The notes under the pieces were generated by a model. It saw only the letters and a program-made list of their open reading frames with translations. It made no database searches and had not been told where the DNA came from. DNA of 64,000 nucleotides, taken from positions 2,688,001 to 2,752,000 of the forward strand of contig OZ242383.1 of NCBI GenBank assembly GCA_965209155.1. Reading direction: 5' to 3'. Below are positions 19,904 to 29,742 of the stretch, piece after piece. The position numbers and the translations under genes are program-made. This DNA comes from a bacterium. GTDB taxonomy: Bacteria; SAR324; NAC60-12. Position 1 is the first letter of the stretch; each line of letters begins with the position of its first letter.

Positions 19904-20623
19904 TTATGCTTCCATTGTCAAGGGTCTGTTGATTTCAATGAGGGCCTGGTCCTGGCAAATTTCAATACGGGTTTGGTGGATTTGGATTTCCACTCCTCGC
20001 TCCAGCGCATCCTGCAAGGCATTTGCATAGAGCGGATCGATGTGTTCTGCGACTTGAAAGGAATGGCAATCGGTGCGATTGACTAAAAAGAATATCACGG
20101 CTCGGTGTCCTTTGCCGGCTTCATAACTCAATTCAGACAAGTGTTTTCGTCCCCGCTCCGTGACGGCATCGGGGAATTGAGCGATCCCTGGGTGCGTTTC
20201 CTCGGCAAGGGTTGTATTTTTGATTTCAATAAACGTCGATTGTCCTGCTTTCTCCAGGTAAAGATCCACCCTGGAATTTTCTTGACCGAAAGAGACTTCT
20301 TTTTTCAGGGAATCCGCATGGCGGAAGGCAGGTAATTTTTCATTTTTTATCGCCTCGAATACGATTTGGTTGGGAATCAGCGTGTTGACGCAGACCAAAG
20401 CTCCCGTGGGCATTTGCATTAAGTGCAGCGTATATTTGAGCTTTCGTTTGGGATCACCATGGTATTGCATCCAAACCGGACAACCCGATTGCAGCAAAGA
20501 TTTCATACTGCCGGTGTTGTTGCAATGGGCAGTCACGACTTTTCCCTCAGCCAACTCCACGTCGACGAAGAAGCGTTTGTATCGTCTCAGAAAACGTCCT
20601 TGAACCAAATCAGCCAGCATCAT
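19904..20623 (-). CDS. sfsA: DNA/RNA nuclease SfsA
   Basis: RRYKRFFVDV, AHCNNTGSM, SRVD, IEIKN, FPDAVTERGRKHL. Confidence 0.93.
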   Translation of the reverse strand: MMLADLVQGRFLRRYKRFFVDVELAEGKVVTAHCNNTGSMKSLLQSGCPVWMQYHGDPKRKLKYTLHLMQMPTGALVCVNTLIPNQIVFEAIKNEKLPAFRHADSLKKEVSFGQENSRVDLYLEKAGQSTFIEIKNTTLAEETHPGIAQFPDAVTERGRKHLSELSYEAGKGHRAVIFFLVNRTDCHSFQVAEHIDPLYANALQDALERGVEIQIHQTRIEICQDQALIEINRPLTMEA

Positions 20624-20639
20624 GGGTCAGCCGCTCCAA

Positions 20640-21050
20640 TCAGGGATTTTGAAGAGAAGGATTGTCAGGCAGGAAATAAATCACTTCGTCTTTTCGTATC
20701 AATCCCAATTCCTTACGGGCCAAGGCTTCAATATAATCAAGATTGTTTTGCAGGGCATCGATTTCCCGGAGAAGTTTTTGCTCTTTCCGATTGAGGGTCT
20801 CGATCCTCTCGATGAGATGCTGCTCATTCTGCTTCAAATCCTGAAACGCCAATACCCCATATTCTCCTAAAAGCGCAATCAAAATAATGAATGATCCCGA
20901 CAACAGAAAAAGAACCAGGGTCAATCCAAGCCATTTGTCGGAGTCCGATGATTTTTCCTGAATATTATTGGTCAGTGCAGCAGGGTCTTTGAATTGACGG
21001 GAAAAAAGGATTGGGTTTTTATTTCGTTTTTGATAATTGCGCTTCGCCAT
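20640..21050 (-). CDS. ftsB: septum formation initiator FtsB/DivIC family
   Basis: One TM helix, GEYG, coiled coil, YIEALARKELGLIRKDEVIY; start uncertain. Confidence 0.82.
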   Translation of the reverse strand: MAKRNYQKRNKNPILFSRQFKDPAALTNNIQEKSSDSDKWLGLTLVLFLLSGSFIILIALLGEYGVLAFQDLKQNEQHLIERIETLNRKEQKLLREIDALQNNLDYIEALARKELGLIRKDEVIYFLPDNPSLQNP

Positions 21051-21233
21051 GGAATGTTTTTGAACGATTATCGAGTGTAGCAAATGCTGCGTATGTTTAC
21101 GCATCTATCGACTGGACAGGTAACGCAATGTGAGCTAATTTTAACACGAACTGAAACTTAAAATACAGCATCTTCTTCAAATGCGGCTCGCGACCGGGGA
21201 TGTTGTCGTTCCTTTCCTTGCTGAGACAATACG

Positions 21234-22202
21234 GTGGTCTGGTCCAAAATTAAAAGTCCTGTCGTCTGTTTGGCCCCCATGGATGGGATTACCAACACGG
21301 CATACCGTCAAATTGTACGTAAAATCAACAGGCATGTGCTCCTCTTCAGTGAATTCACCAATGTGGATGGCTTGATCCGCAGTGAATTCGTCCGCCGCCG
21401 TCTCGATTATCATCCTGCGGAGCAACCATTTTTCGTGCAGCTATTTGGCAATAACCCGCAATCTTTTGCGGAAGCGTCCCGCATAGTGGAAGATCGCGGA
21501 GTGTTGGGAATCGACATCAATATGGGATGCCCTTCCAAACGCATTGTTCATTCTCAACACGGTAGCGCATTGATGAAGGACGTGAACACGGCTTGCCGAC
21601 TGATCGAAGCTATTCGCAGCGCCTGCTCACTGGAAGTTTCCGTCAAAACTCGTCTTGGATGGGAAAATGCCGACAACTTGATTGCTTTTGGCAAGCAATT
21701 GGAAAGGGCTGGGGTTTCCCTGCTCACCATCCATGGTCGCACTTATCGACAGGCATTCAAAGGAGCGGCAAACTGGGATCCTATTTATCAGCTCAAGAAG
21801 CATTTGGAAATCCCCGTTCTGGGAAATGGCGATGTGCGGGATTATCAGGACGGTCTCAATCGCATGAAGAACCTGGATGGCTTTATGATCGGACGACACG
21901 CCATTGGCAATCCCTGGGTGTTTCAGGACCGTCGAAAAAATCCGCAACCCTGTTTGTCCAGTCGAATTTCAGTGGCACTCGAACACTATTTCTTGCTGAG
22001 AAAAATCAAAGCGGAACCCATTGCGCTTAAGGAATTTCGGAAATACCTGGGAGAATACGTGCAGGGATTTTACCAGGCAAAGGAATATCGGCAGACTTTG
22101 ATGCGAGTGCGGGATGAAGGTCAATTCGTTCGCCTCATGGAAAGGCTGAAATGGAAGAATCGGGATCATGCATTGCGACAAGATAAGTTGAAATGCCTTT
22201 AA
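21234..22202 (+). CDS. dusB: tRNA-dihydrouridine synthase
   Basis: LAPMDGIT, VQLFG, IDINMGCP, GSALMKD, SVKTRLG, TIHGRT, GNGDV, MIGR. Confidence 0.88.
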   Translation: MVWSKIKSPVVCLAPMDGITNTAYRQIVRKINRHVLLFSEFTNVDGLIRSEFVRRRLDYHPAEQPFFVQLFGNNPQSFAEASRIVEDRGVLGIDINMGCPSKRIVHSQHGSALMKDVNTACRLIEAIRSACSLEVSVKTRLGWENADNLIAFGKQLERAGVSLLTIHGRTYRQAFKGAANWDPIYQLKKHLEIPVLGNGDVRDYQDGLNRMKNLDGFMIGRHAIGNPWVFQDRRKNPQPCLSSRISVALEHYFLLRKIKAEPIALKEFRKYLGEYVQGFYQAKEYRQTLMRVRDEGQFVRLMERLKWKNRDHALRQDKLKCL

Positions 22203-22398
22203 AAAATAGTGGATGCTTATCAGTTTATTGCCATTGCCTGGCGCATTAAGAGTCGCTCCTTTGTCATCTTCTGTAAAATTTTTCAGTGCCCAGGACGAAT
22301 CGATTGCTCGCAATATCCCCTCCTCTCTCATTCCAATGCTCTGATATTCTTCTTTTTTTTTGAAATCTAAAAAAAAATGAACTTTTTTGAAAAAATTG

Positions 22399-22427
22399 TT
22401 GACTAATTGTTAGCACTCACTTATAAT
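22399..22427 (+). promoter_or_regulatory. sigma70 promoter of hsp20
   Basis: TTGACT (22399-22404), 17-bp spacer, TATAAT (22422-22427). Confidence 0.8.
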
Positions 22428-22436
22428 GAGTGCTAA
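22410..22436. promoter_or_regulatory. CIRCE element (HrcA operator)
   Basis: Exact TTAGCACTC-N9-GAGTGCTAA upstream of a heat-shock gene. Confidence 0.96.
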
Positions 22437-22479
22437 CAATTTAATTCATAATAATTTAATTTTTAGAAGAGGAGGCCCT

Positions 22480-22899
22480 ATGTGGTTAGTTCCGAGTCAG
22501 AGTAGGAGAGTGGTTCCGAGTTTTCATTCAGTACTGGATGAATTTTTCAGGGGTGTTACGCCAACGGGGGGGTATTTTTCTCCCAATTTGGATATCAAGG
22601 AAGAGGAGAGCGCTTTTCGTGTTTCGCTCGAAGTGCCTGGCATTGCCAAAGAGGACGTCGAGATTTCCTTGAAAGACCATAATTTGGTCATTAAGGGAGA
22701 GAAGAAGCAGGAAGCGAAAGAAGACAAGGATGGTTATTCCTGGGTTGAGCGTTCTTATGGTTCTTTTCAGCGTACGATTCGTGTACCTGAAAATACCAAA
22801 AGTGATCAAGTGGAAGCCCGAATGGATAATGGCATTCTGGAAATCACGCTTCCCAAGTCCGAGCAACGAGAAGATCGGAAGCAAATCGCGATCAACTGA
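22480..22899 (+). CDS. Hsp20/alpha-crystallin small heat shock protein
   Basis: PNLDIKE...LEVPGI.KEDVEI...IKGEK...ERSYGSFQR...MDNGILEITLPK; RBS GGAGG. Confidence 0.95.
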   Translation: MWLVPSQSRRVVPSFHSVLDEFFRGVTPTGGYFSPNLDIKEEESAFRVSLEVPGIAKEDVEISLKDHNLVIKGEKKQEAKEDKDGYSWVERSYGSFQRTIRVPENTKSDQVEARMDNGILEITLPKSEQREDRKQIAIN

Positions 22900-22927
22900 T
22901 ACCTCGATCAATTCACTCTTCATTAAC

Positions 22928-22962
22928 AAGCCGGTGGGTCAGAAGCCTCATCGGCTTTTTTT
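22928..22962 (+). terminator. intrinsic terminator
   Basis: AAGCCGGTGGG...CTCATCGGCTT followed by a T-run, between convergent hsp20 and sucD. Confidence 0.75.
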
Positions 22963-22976
22963 GTGGTAAGAAGACT

Positions 22977-23849
22977 TTATTTTTCGAGCACTTCCAGCAT
23001 TTTTTCTCCAATGGAGTCCGGGTTGCGCACAACATGGATTCCCGCTTCGCTGAGAGCCTTCATTTTTTCGGCGGCCGTCCCTTTTCCCCTGGAAATGATG
23101 GCACCGGCATGTCCCATACGACGCCCTGGAGGAGCCGTTTGACCCGCAATGAAGCTGACAATCGGTTTGGAAACCCGTTCTTTTGCAAAAGCGGCTGCTT
23201 GTTCTTCGGCGTTGCCACCAATTTCACCAATCATGACAATCGCTTCGGTTTGCGCATCATCCTGAAACCACTGGAGGCAATCGACGAAATTGGTGCCATG
23301 GATGGGATCACCACCAATTCCGATGCAAGTGCTTTGCCCCAAACCCACCTGCGTCAATTGGTCAACGGCTTCGTAAGTCAATGTACCGGAACGGGAAACC
23401 ACGCCAATGGAACCGGGTTTGTGGATATAAGCGGGCATGATGCCGATTTTGCACTGTCCGGGGGCGATGATTCCCGGACAATTGGGACCGATCAAGCGCG
23501 AACCCTGGTTACGGACGTAACGCGCTGCAGTGAGCATATCAATTACCGGGATCCCTTCCGTGATAGCCACTATCAGTTTCACTCCGGCAGCGGCGGCTTC
23601 GATGATTGCATCCGCAGCGAAAGGAGGGGGAACGAGAATCATGGAAGCATTGGCGGGAGTCGCCTGCATTGCCTCTTGTACGGAATCGAAAACGGGGATG
23701 CCTTCAATATCCTGCCCACCTTTTCCAGGCGTAACCCCCGCGACAACCTGCGTGCCATAGTCACGACATCCTTTCGTGTGCAGGGTCCCTTGAGATCCGG
23801 TAATTCCCTGGACCAGCAGTTTGGTTTTTTGATCGATTAAAACAGACAT
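22977..23849 (-). CDS. sucD: succinyl-CoA synthetase alpha subunit
   Basis: [40 protein letters not shown]. Confidence 0.97.
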   Translation of the reverse strand: MSVLIDQKTKLLVQGITGSQGTLHTKGCRDYGTQVVAGVTPGKGGQDIEGIPVFDSVQEAMQATPANASMILVPPPFAADAIIEAAAAGVKLIVAITEGIPVIDMLTAARYVRNQGSRLIGPNCPGIIAPGQCKIGIMPAYIHKPGSIGVVSRSGTLTYEAVDQLTQVGLGQSTCIGIGGDPIHGTNFVDCLQWFQDDAQTEAIVMIGEIGGNAEEQAAAFAKERVSKPIVSFIAGQTAPPGRRMGHAGAIISRGKGTAAEKMKALSEAGIHVVRNPDSIGEKMLEVLEK

Positions 23850-23913
23850 AAGCCTTCTGTTTCAAATGGAATTGATAAATACAATGCTTCCTGAAAATGG
23901 CTGAGCTCTCGAA

Positions 23914-25089
23914 TTAATGGGCGGCTGCAACGGCCGCTTCCGCAGCCTTGCGGAGTCCTTGCGCCATTTGCAACTTGTTACCAAAATCGGATTGCGAAAT
24001 AATTTTCGCGGCTTGATCGGCATTGTTACCCGCCAGCCGGACTACCACGGGAACTTGCGGATTTACTTCCCTGAACGCCGCCACGATGCCCTCCGCCACG
24101 ACGTCACAACGAACGATGCCGCCGAAGATATTCACCAGAATACACTTTACATCGGGATCGGCAGTGATGATTTTAAAAGCCGCGGCCACTCTTTGTTCGG
24201 TTGCGGCGCCACCCACATCGAGAAAATTAGCCGGCTCCCCTCCAAAATTTTTAATTATGTCCATCGTGCCCATGGCCAAACCGGCCCCATTGACGATGCA
24301 CCCGATATTCCCCTCGAGTTTGACGTAGCTGAGATCGGCCTGGCCGGCTTCCAATTCGCTGGGTTCTTCCTCATCGAGGTCCCGCAATTCCACAATATTT
24401 TTATGTCGGTATAAAGCATTGTCGTCAAAAGTCACTTTGGCATCGAGAACCATCACCCTGCCGTCGCCGGTCAATACCAGGGGATTGATTTCCAGGAGCG
24501 AACAATCTTCATGGATAAATGCATGGTAGAGAGATGTCATTAAAGATGCCGTGGGACGGATTAATTCAGGGTCGATTTCGTCGACCTGCAAATCGAAGGC
24601 AATCCGCGTTGCTTGAAACGGGCGCAGTCCGAGGGTGGGGTCCACGATTACCTTTTTGATTTTCTCTGGGGTGTTAGCCGCCACTTCCTCGATATCCATC
24701 CCTCCTTCCGTGGAGGTTAAAAAAATCGCTGATTGAGAAGTACGATCAACCAGGACAGAACAATAAAGTTCTTTTTTGATATCCACGCATTCTTCAATGA
24801 GGATTTGTTTAACTTTCCGACCCTGCGGACTGGTTTGACTGGTAACCAGTCGCATTCCCAGGATAGCATTCGCATTTTTTTTTACTTCATCCAGTCCTCT
24901 GGAAACTTCCACTCCCCCGACTTTTCCTCGACCTCCGGCATGGATCTGAGCTTTGACGACGCAAACTTCTCCTGCAAGCGATTTTGCGATTCGCAGCGCT
25001 TGTTCCGGAGTTTCAGCCACGTCGCCTTGTGGAACGGTTACTCCATATCCGGCAAGCATGCGTTTGGCCTGGAATTCGTGAATTTTCAC
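23914..25089 (-). CDS. sucC: succinyl-CoA synthetase beta subunit
   Basis: KIHEFQAK, KAQIHAGGRGK, EINPL, NGAGLAM, ANFLDVGG; GTG start. Confidence 0.97.
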   Translation of the reverse strand: MKIHEFQAKRMLAGYGVTVPQGDVAETPEQALRIAKSLAGEVCVVKAQIHAGGRGKVGGVEVSRGLDEVKKNANAILGMRLVTSQTSPQGRKVKQILIEECVDIKKELYCSVLVDRTSQSAIFLTSTEGGMDIEEVAANTPEKIKKVIVDPTLGLRPFQATRIAFDLQVDEIDPELIRPTASLMTSLYHAFIHEDCSLLEINPLVLTGDGRVMVLDAKVTFDDNALYRHKNIVELRDLDEEEPSELEAGQADLSYVKLEGNIGCIVNGAGLAMGTMDIIKNFGGEPANFLDVGGAATEQRVAAAFKIITADPDVKCILVNIFGGIVRCDVVAEGIVAAFREVNPQVPVVVRLAGNNADQAAKIISQSDFGNKLQMAQGLRKAAEAAVAAAH

Positions 25090-25108
25090 TAAATTTTCCT
25101 CTTTTGAA

Positions 25109-25297
25109 ATGCGAATCAGGAGTTGAAATTTGATTTATAAAATCAATAATTTAATATTTATGAGGTGTCTTGTCGGTTCCGGATCATCCTGGTCCCGGAT
25201 CAAGTCCGGGATGATCCGGCATCCAATATATCGCCCGTATCCCCCTGGATTCCTGGTCAAGCCAGGAATGACACGTTTTTTAAATCCTGATTCAAGT
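25109..25297 (+). mobile_element. MITE-like repeat, copy B (fills the mdh-sucC intergenic region)
   Basis: ATGCGAATCAGGAGTTGAAA ... TTTTAAATCCTGATTCAAGT, near-identical to copy A. Confidence 0.8.
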
Positions 25298-25300
25298 TTT

Positions 25301-26278
25301 TTAAAGCATGTTTTTAACTGTTTCGTATTCTTCCTCGAGCTCCTTGAGGGTCGTCCTGATTTTTTCTCGAGCGAATTCATTCCATTCAATGCCAGGTACG
25401 ATTTCATAGCGTGAACCGTTGCTACTCAAGGGAAATCCGAACACTAATCCTTGAGGAACTCCATAGTTGCCTTCACTGGGCACGGCAGCGCTGAACCAGT
25501 CTCCCGCAGCAGTGGGTTGGGTCAGATTTTGGATAGTATCAACGACAGCATTAGCAGCCGACGCGGCGGAAGAAGCTCCCCGGGCTTCAATCACGACAGC
25601 CCCTCGTTTTTGTACCGTGGAAATGAAATCGTTTTGCAACCAGTTTAAATCTGGAATCACTTCCATAACCGCTTTTCCTGCAATTTTCGCATTGTAGAAA
25701 TCCGGATATTGAGTGGCGCTATGGTTCCCCCAAATGGTAAGGTTACTCACTTCCCGCACCGGGTATCCTGATTTTTGAGCCAACTGAAATCTGGCACGGT
25801 TGGCATCGAGCGCGGTCATCGCAAACCATCGTTCTCGAGGAATGTCTTTGGCATTGTTCATGGCAATCAGACAATTGGTGTTGCAAGGATTGCCCACAAC
25901 CAGGATGCGCACATCGGATGCTGCGCGATTCAATGCCGAACCTTGGTCCACAAAGATTCCGCCATTGGTTTTGATCAAATCTCCCCGCTCCATACCCGCT
26001 TTTCGCGGTGCAGCGCCAACAAGGAGGACCCAGTTGGCGCCTGAAAAACCTTGATTGGGGTCTGAGGTGATTGAAATTTTCCGCAATAGAGGAAAAGCGC
26101 AATCATTCAATTCCATTACCACTCCTTCCAAGGCGGGCAGTGCCGGTTCGATTTCGATCAATTGTAGTTCTACCTGTGTTCGTGAACCAAATGTTTCACC
26201 CGAAGCCAAACGAAACAAAAGTGAATAATCAATCTGTCCTGCCGCTCCGGTTACGGCAATTTTTATAGTTGCTGGCAT
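25301..26278 (-). CDS. mdh: malate dehydrogenase (MDH type 2)
   Basis: [52 protein letters not shown]. Confidence 0.96.
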   Translation of the reverse strand: MPATIKIAVTGAAGQIDYSLLFRLASGETFGSRTQVELQLIEIEPALPALEGVVMELNDCAFPLLRKISITSDPNQGFSGANWVLLVGAAPRKAGMERGDLIKTNGGIFVDQGSALNRAASDVRILVVGNPCNTNCLIAMNNAKDIPRERWFAMTALDANRARFQLAQKSGYPVREVSNLTIWGNHSATQYPDFYNAKIAGKAVMEVIPDLNWLQNDFISTVQKRGAVVIEARGASSAASAANAVVDTIQNLTQPTAAGDWFSAAVPSEGNYGVPQGLVFGFPLSSNGSRYEIVPGIEWNEFAREKIRTTLKELEEEYETVKNML

Positions 26279-26551
26279 TCCTTCCTTTTTGCTTGAATTG
26301 GATCAAGTGTATAAATTTTTATTTACCCATCGCGCTTGAGGGTCGTTGAAATCGTGCTAGGATGAGGCGCACGATTTTTACAGTGCATTGTTCCTCTCCG
26401 GCATGCTATATTTTGATCGGAGAGGAACTCCGTGCAATATAAAATCCAGACCAGTATGACAAATTTTTAATTCAATTGCGAGCTTCTTTGTTTCTGTCGA
26501 TCACAGGTTTCTTGGTCTTGTCTATTCATTCTCAACAATTTGAAAATATCC

Positions 26552-26935
26552 ATGGAAACAGCAACCACACGAGGAATTATCGTTTCTGTAGAATCCTTTT
26601 TTATCGAAGAGCATTCCCATCCCGACCAAAATCATTTTGTCTTTGCCTATCGGGTCCGTTTGAAAAATCAAAGTTCTCAAACCGTGCAATTGATCAGCCG
26701 TCATTGGATCATAACCGACAGTAATGGAGAAACTTCCGAAGTGAAAGGAGAAGGAGTGGTGGGTAAACAACCGGTCCTCGCTCCCGGAGAGGAACATGAA
26801 TACATGAGTGGTTCTCACTTGAAATCACCAATGGGTACCATGGAAGGGAGTTATCAAATGCAAATATTGGATGGGGGAATGTTTGATGCCGAGATACCCT
26901 GTTTCACACTCTCCGTGCCCGGCGTGATTAACTGA
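26552..26935 (+). CDS. apaG: ApaG protein
   Basis: FAYRVRL.N, QLISRHWIITD, V.GEGVVG.QP, Y.SG..L.SP.G.M.GSY. Confidence 0.95.
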   Translation: METATTRGIIVSVESFFIEEHSHPDQNHFVFAYRVRLKNQSSQTVQLISRHWIITDSNGETSEVKGEGVVGKQPVLAPGEEHEYMSGSHLKSPMGTMEGSYQMQILDGGMFDAEIPCFTLSVPGVIN

Positions 26936-26937
26936 TA

Positions 26938-27486
26938 TTAAGACTGGGAAATAAGAGGATAGCGCATCTCCTCGGTGTGGATGGCTCTCTGCGAGCTAAG
27001 GACACTGGAATACAAAGAGAACTCTTCCACGTAAAAAGGATCGGTTTTGAACAAATTGTTGCGACTGAGAAAAGCACCGATCCTTTCTGCTGGAAGGTGG
27101 CGCAGTCGCGCCAAAGTGACGTGAGGATGAAATTTGCGCTTTTCCACAGTTAGGTTGAGTCGGTCCAAGCGGGTATCGATCTTTTTTTGAAGCTGAAATA
27201 GCGCTTCGTTTTTTTCCACGCCCACCCAAAGCACGCGAGGCTGTTTGCGGGGTGGAAAAAAGCCGATCCCTTTTAAAGAGAGAGGAAAGACTGGTTGTCG
27301 AATTTTGAATAATTCTTCTCGAATGTCATCACACTCGATGCCATCAACCTCACCTAAAAAACGTAGAGTCAGGTGAAATTGATCTTCGTTGATCCAGGAT
27401 GTATGGTCAAAGCTCCCATCTCGAAGATCGATCAATTGCTCTATCACCGGGTCAGGAAAATCGATGGCAACAAACAAACGTGGCAT
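26938..27486 (-). CDS. thpR: RNA 2',3'-cyclic phosphodiesterase (2H family, LigT/ThpR)
   Basis: MPRLFVAI, HLTLRFLG and PHVTLAR twin HxT motifs. Confidence 0.93.
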   Translation of the reverse strand: MPRLFVAIDFPDPVIEQLIDLRDGSFDHTSWINEDQFHLTLRFLGEVDGIECDDIREELFKIRQPVFPLSLKGIGFFPPRKQPRVLWVGVEKNEALFQLQKKIDTRLDRLNLTVEKRKFHPHVTLARLRHLPAERIGAFLSRNNLFKTDPFYVEEFSLYSSVLSSQRAIHTEEMRYPLISQS

Positions 27487-27570
27487 TTGGAATTCGAAAT
27501 ATGAGATTCATCATAGTATAATACATCAAGCTCTTACCTGAATTCGCCGATACCGGCAAACAAAAATTTT

Positions 27571-28131
27571 ATGAACTACCCCGCAGCAGAGCTACGGGGT
27601 ATCGGAACTCAGCACAACTCCAACTCTAATTGCTGATGATGGAGCTTTTGATACTCGTTTTCAGAACCTTGATTTTTTACATACTGGCGAATAGCATCTT
27701 CGCTTGCAGCATGTCGCCCAACAGTGCTGATGAAGTATCCCTTTGACCAGAATTCGCCGCCCCATAGCTGCTTTTTGATGGAGGGCACTCTTTTGAAAAT
27801 TTCTTTAGCTGTAATACTTTTGACTGTCTTTACAATCTTTGTTGGACTATATGAAGGGACTGATTGGATCAAGAAATGGACATGATCCCGATCTGTTCCT
27901 ATCTCAATAAATGCAATCTCGTAACGCTGAGCAATTTCCAAGCTAATCTCTTTTAGAGTCATATCCACCTCATCGGTGAACACTACTCGACGGTATTTAG
28001 CCGGACAAACCAAATGGTACAATAATACCGAAACGTTATGACTTTTGTGGATATATTCGCTCATGAGAGCGAAAATACACCACACGAAAAAGCGAAGCAA
28101 GCTTCGGGGAATTAGACCCGAAGAGATTAAA
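27571..28131 (-). mobile_element. IS200/IS605-family element (tnpA only)
   Basis: Right-end hairpin TACCCCGCAGCAGAGCTACGGGGTA (27577-27601), ending TTCAT on the minus strand; left-end hairpins ~28092-28126; both ends recur at 52288-52385. Confidence 0.82.
27609..28064 (-). CDS. tnpA: IS200-family Y1 (HUH) transposase
   Basis: YHLVCPAKYRR, DHVHFL (HUH), LWGGEFWSKGYF, QYVKNQ. Confidence 0.95.
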   Translation of the reverse strand: MSEYIHKSHNVSVLLYHLVCPAKYRRVVFTDEVDMTLKEISLEIAQRYEIAFIEIGTDRDHVHFLIQSVPSYSPTKIVKTVKSITAKEIFKRVPSIKKQLWGGEFWSKGYFISTVGRHAASEDAIRQYVKNQGSENEYQKLHHQQLELELC

Positions 28132-28242
28132 AACTCTGGATCGCAAAGAGGTCATAACCGTTCTTTCCTGAAAGCAGGAACGCCCTCGAGCGGATTCCCA
28201 ACCCTGAACTTCTTCTCCTCCATTAATTTCCATCTCGAGAAA

Positions 28243-28415
28243 GTGAATCAGGAGTAAAAAAACGTGTCATTCCTGGCTTGACCAGGAATCCAGGGGGATC
28301 CGGGCGATATTTTGGATTCCGGATCATCCCGAACTTGATCCGGGACCAGGATGACACATCATATATTATTAAATTATCGATTTTATAAATTAAGTTTCAA
28401 CTCCTGATTCGCATA
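28243..28415 (-). mobile_element. MITE-like repeat, copy C (inverted, about 17 nt shorter)
   Basis: Reverse complement of copies A and B; GTGAATCAGGAGTAAAA ... TTTCAACTCCTGATTCGCATA. Confidence 0.8.
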
Positions 28416-28701
28416 TCTCGAAAATGTATTTTCATTTTTTTTAAAAATTAGTATTGACAATCAAATTATTTTCGTATAGATTTATTTAATCTTTCGTACG
28501 TACTAATTAATTATAACCTCATATGCTAATAATCTATGGAAAGGAACGCACCGGCTTTCATGAAAATTCTTCCTCTGAGGTTCCGACAAGCGTGTCGGAA
28601 AAGGGCGTAAAGAATCATATTATGAATGAAAAAGATGTTTTCCAGAGCAACTTCCATAGTTGGTTGTCAGAAGTTTAAATTTTAATTATTTAAGGAGAAA
28701 A

Positions 28702-29742
28702 ATGAAAATGCAGAAATATATTTTGAGTTTGGTAACATCAGTTGCGTTGTTGATTCCGACTTTCTTACTAGCGGAAGAAGTCAACATTTATTCTACGCGT
28801 CAGGAGTTTTTAATGCGTCCGTTTCTAAACGTATTTGAGCAACAGACGGGAATTAATGTCAATGTGGTCTATATAAAATCGGGGCTCTTAGAGCGATTGA
28901 AAGCCGAAGGGATGAACAGTCCCGCAGACGTTGTACTGACGGTGGATATTTCCAATTTAACCAAGCTTGCGGATGAGGGGGTGCTTCAATCGATCGATTC
29001 GGACGTCATCGAGGCGAATATACCTGCGGAATTTCGCAATCCTGATGGATTGTGGACCGGATTGACTGCGAGGGCCAGGGTGATCTATTATTCCAAAGAC
29101 CGGGTTGACGTCAACAAGTTGTCCACTTATGAAGATTTGGTCGACCCCATGTACCGGGGAAGAATCTGTACGCGATCAGGCCTGCATAACTACAACATTG
29201 CGCTCTTGTCTTCCATTATTGCTCATCATGGCAGAGACTATGCGCTGAATTGGGCTAAAGGTCTGCTTGCCAATTTAGCTCGAAAACCGCAGGGTAATGA
29301 CCGCGCTCAAGTTAAAGCCATTTCCGAAGGAGAGTGTGATTTTTCTCTGGGCAACTCGTACTATATGGGAAAAATGCTGGAAAATCCGGATCAACGTGAT
29401 TGGGCGGCCTCTGCCGGTATTTTCTTCCCCAATCAAAATGATCGCGGGACGCACATGAATCTCAGCGGCGGTGGTGTGACTCAAAGTTCCAACAACCTGG
29501 AAAACGCAATCGGGTTGCTCGAGTTTTTGACGGACAACCTGGCACAGCAAATGTATGCCCAGGTCAATCATGAATATCCTTTGAAAAAAGGGGTGATGTT
29601 GTCTGGGATTGTTCAATCATTTGGAAAAGGTCAACCTGGTATCGAGAATGGCGTTTTCAAGCGTGACACGACCGACCTTGCTACAATTGGTAATTTTCGG
29701 ACTGAGGCGTTTGAAATTATGAATGAAGCCGGTTACGAGTGA
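28702..29742 (+). CDS. fbpA: Fe(III) ABC transporter substrate-binding protein (FbpA/FutA)
   Basis: EVNIYSTR, ERLKAEG.NSPADV, PQGNDRAQ, NSYYMG iron-ligand tyrosines, RGTH.N.SG. Confidence 0.9.
   Translation: MKMQKYILSLVTSVALLIPTFLLAEEVNIYSTRQEFLMRPFLNVFEQQTGINVNVVYIKSGLLERLKAEGMNSPADVVLTVDISNLTKLADEGVLQSIDSDVIEANIPAEFRNPDGLWTGLTARARVIYYSKDRVDVNKLSTYEDLVDPMYRGRICTRSGLHNYNIALLSSIIAHHGRDYALNWAKGLLANLARKPQGNDRAQVKAISEGECDFSLGNSYYMGKMLENPDQRDWAASAGIFFPNQNDRGTHMNLSGGGVTQSSNNLENAIGLLEFLTDNLAQQMYAQVNHEYPLKKGVMLSGIVQSFGKGQPGIENGVFKRDTTDLATIGNFRTEAFEIMNEAGYE

Noticed and set aside
25130..25414. ORFs 25130-25414 and 25135-25407
   Set aside because: They run through the MITE copy and the end of mdh; repeat-derived.
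28450..28480. Fur box upstream of the iron ABC operon
   Set aside because: GACAATCAAATTATTTTC is only a weak match in very AT-rich DNA; plausible but not supportable by eye.
28530..28610. Riboswitch in the fbpA leader
   Set aside because: One hairpin (TTCCGACA-AGCG-TGTCGGAA) but no aptamer consensus that I recognise.
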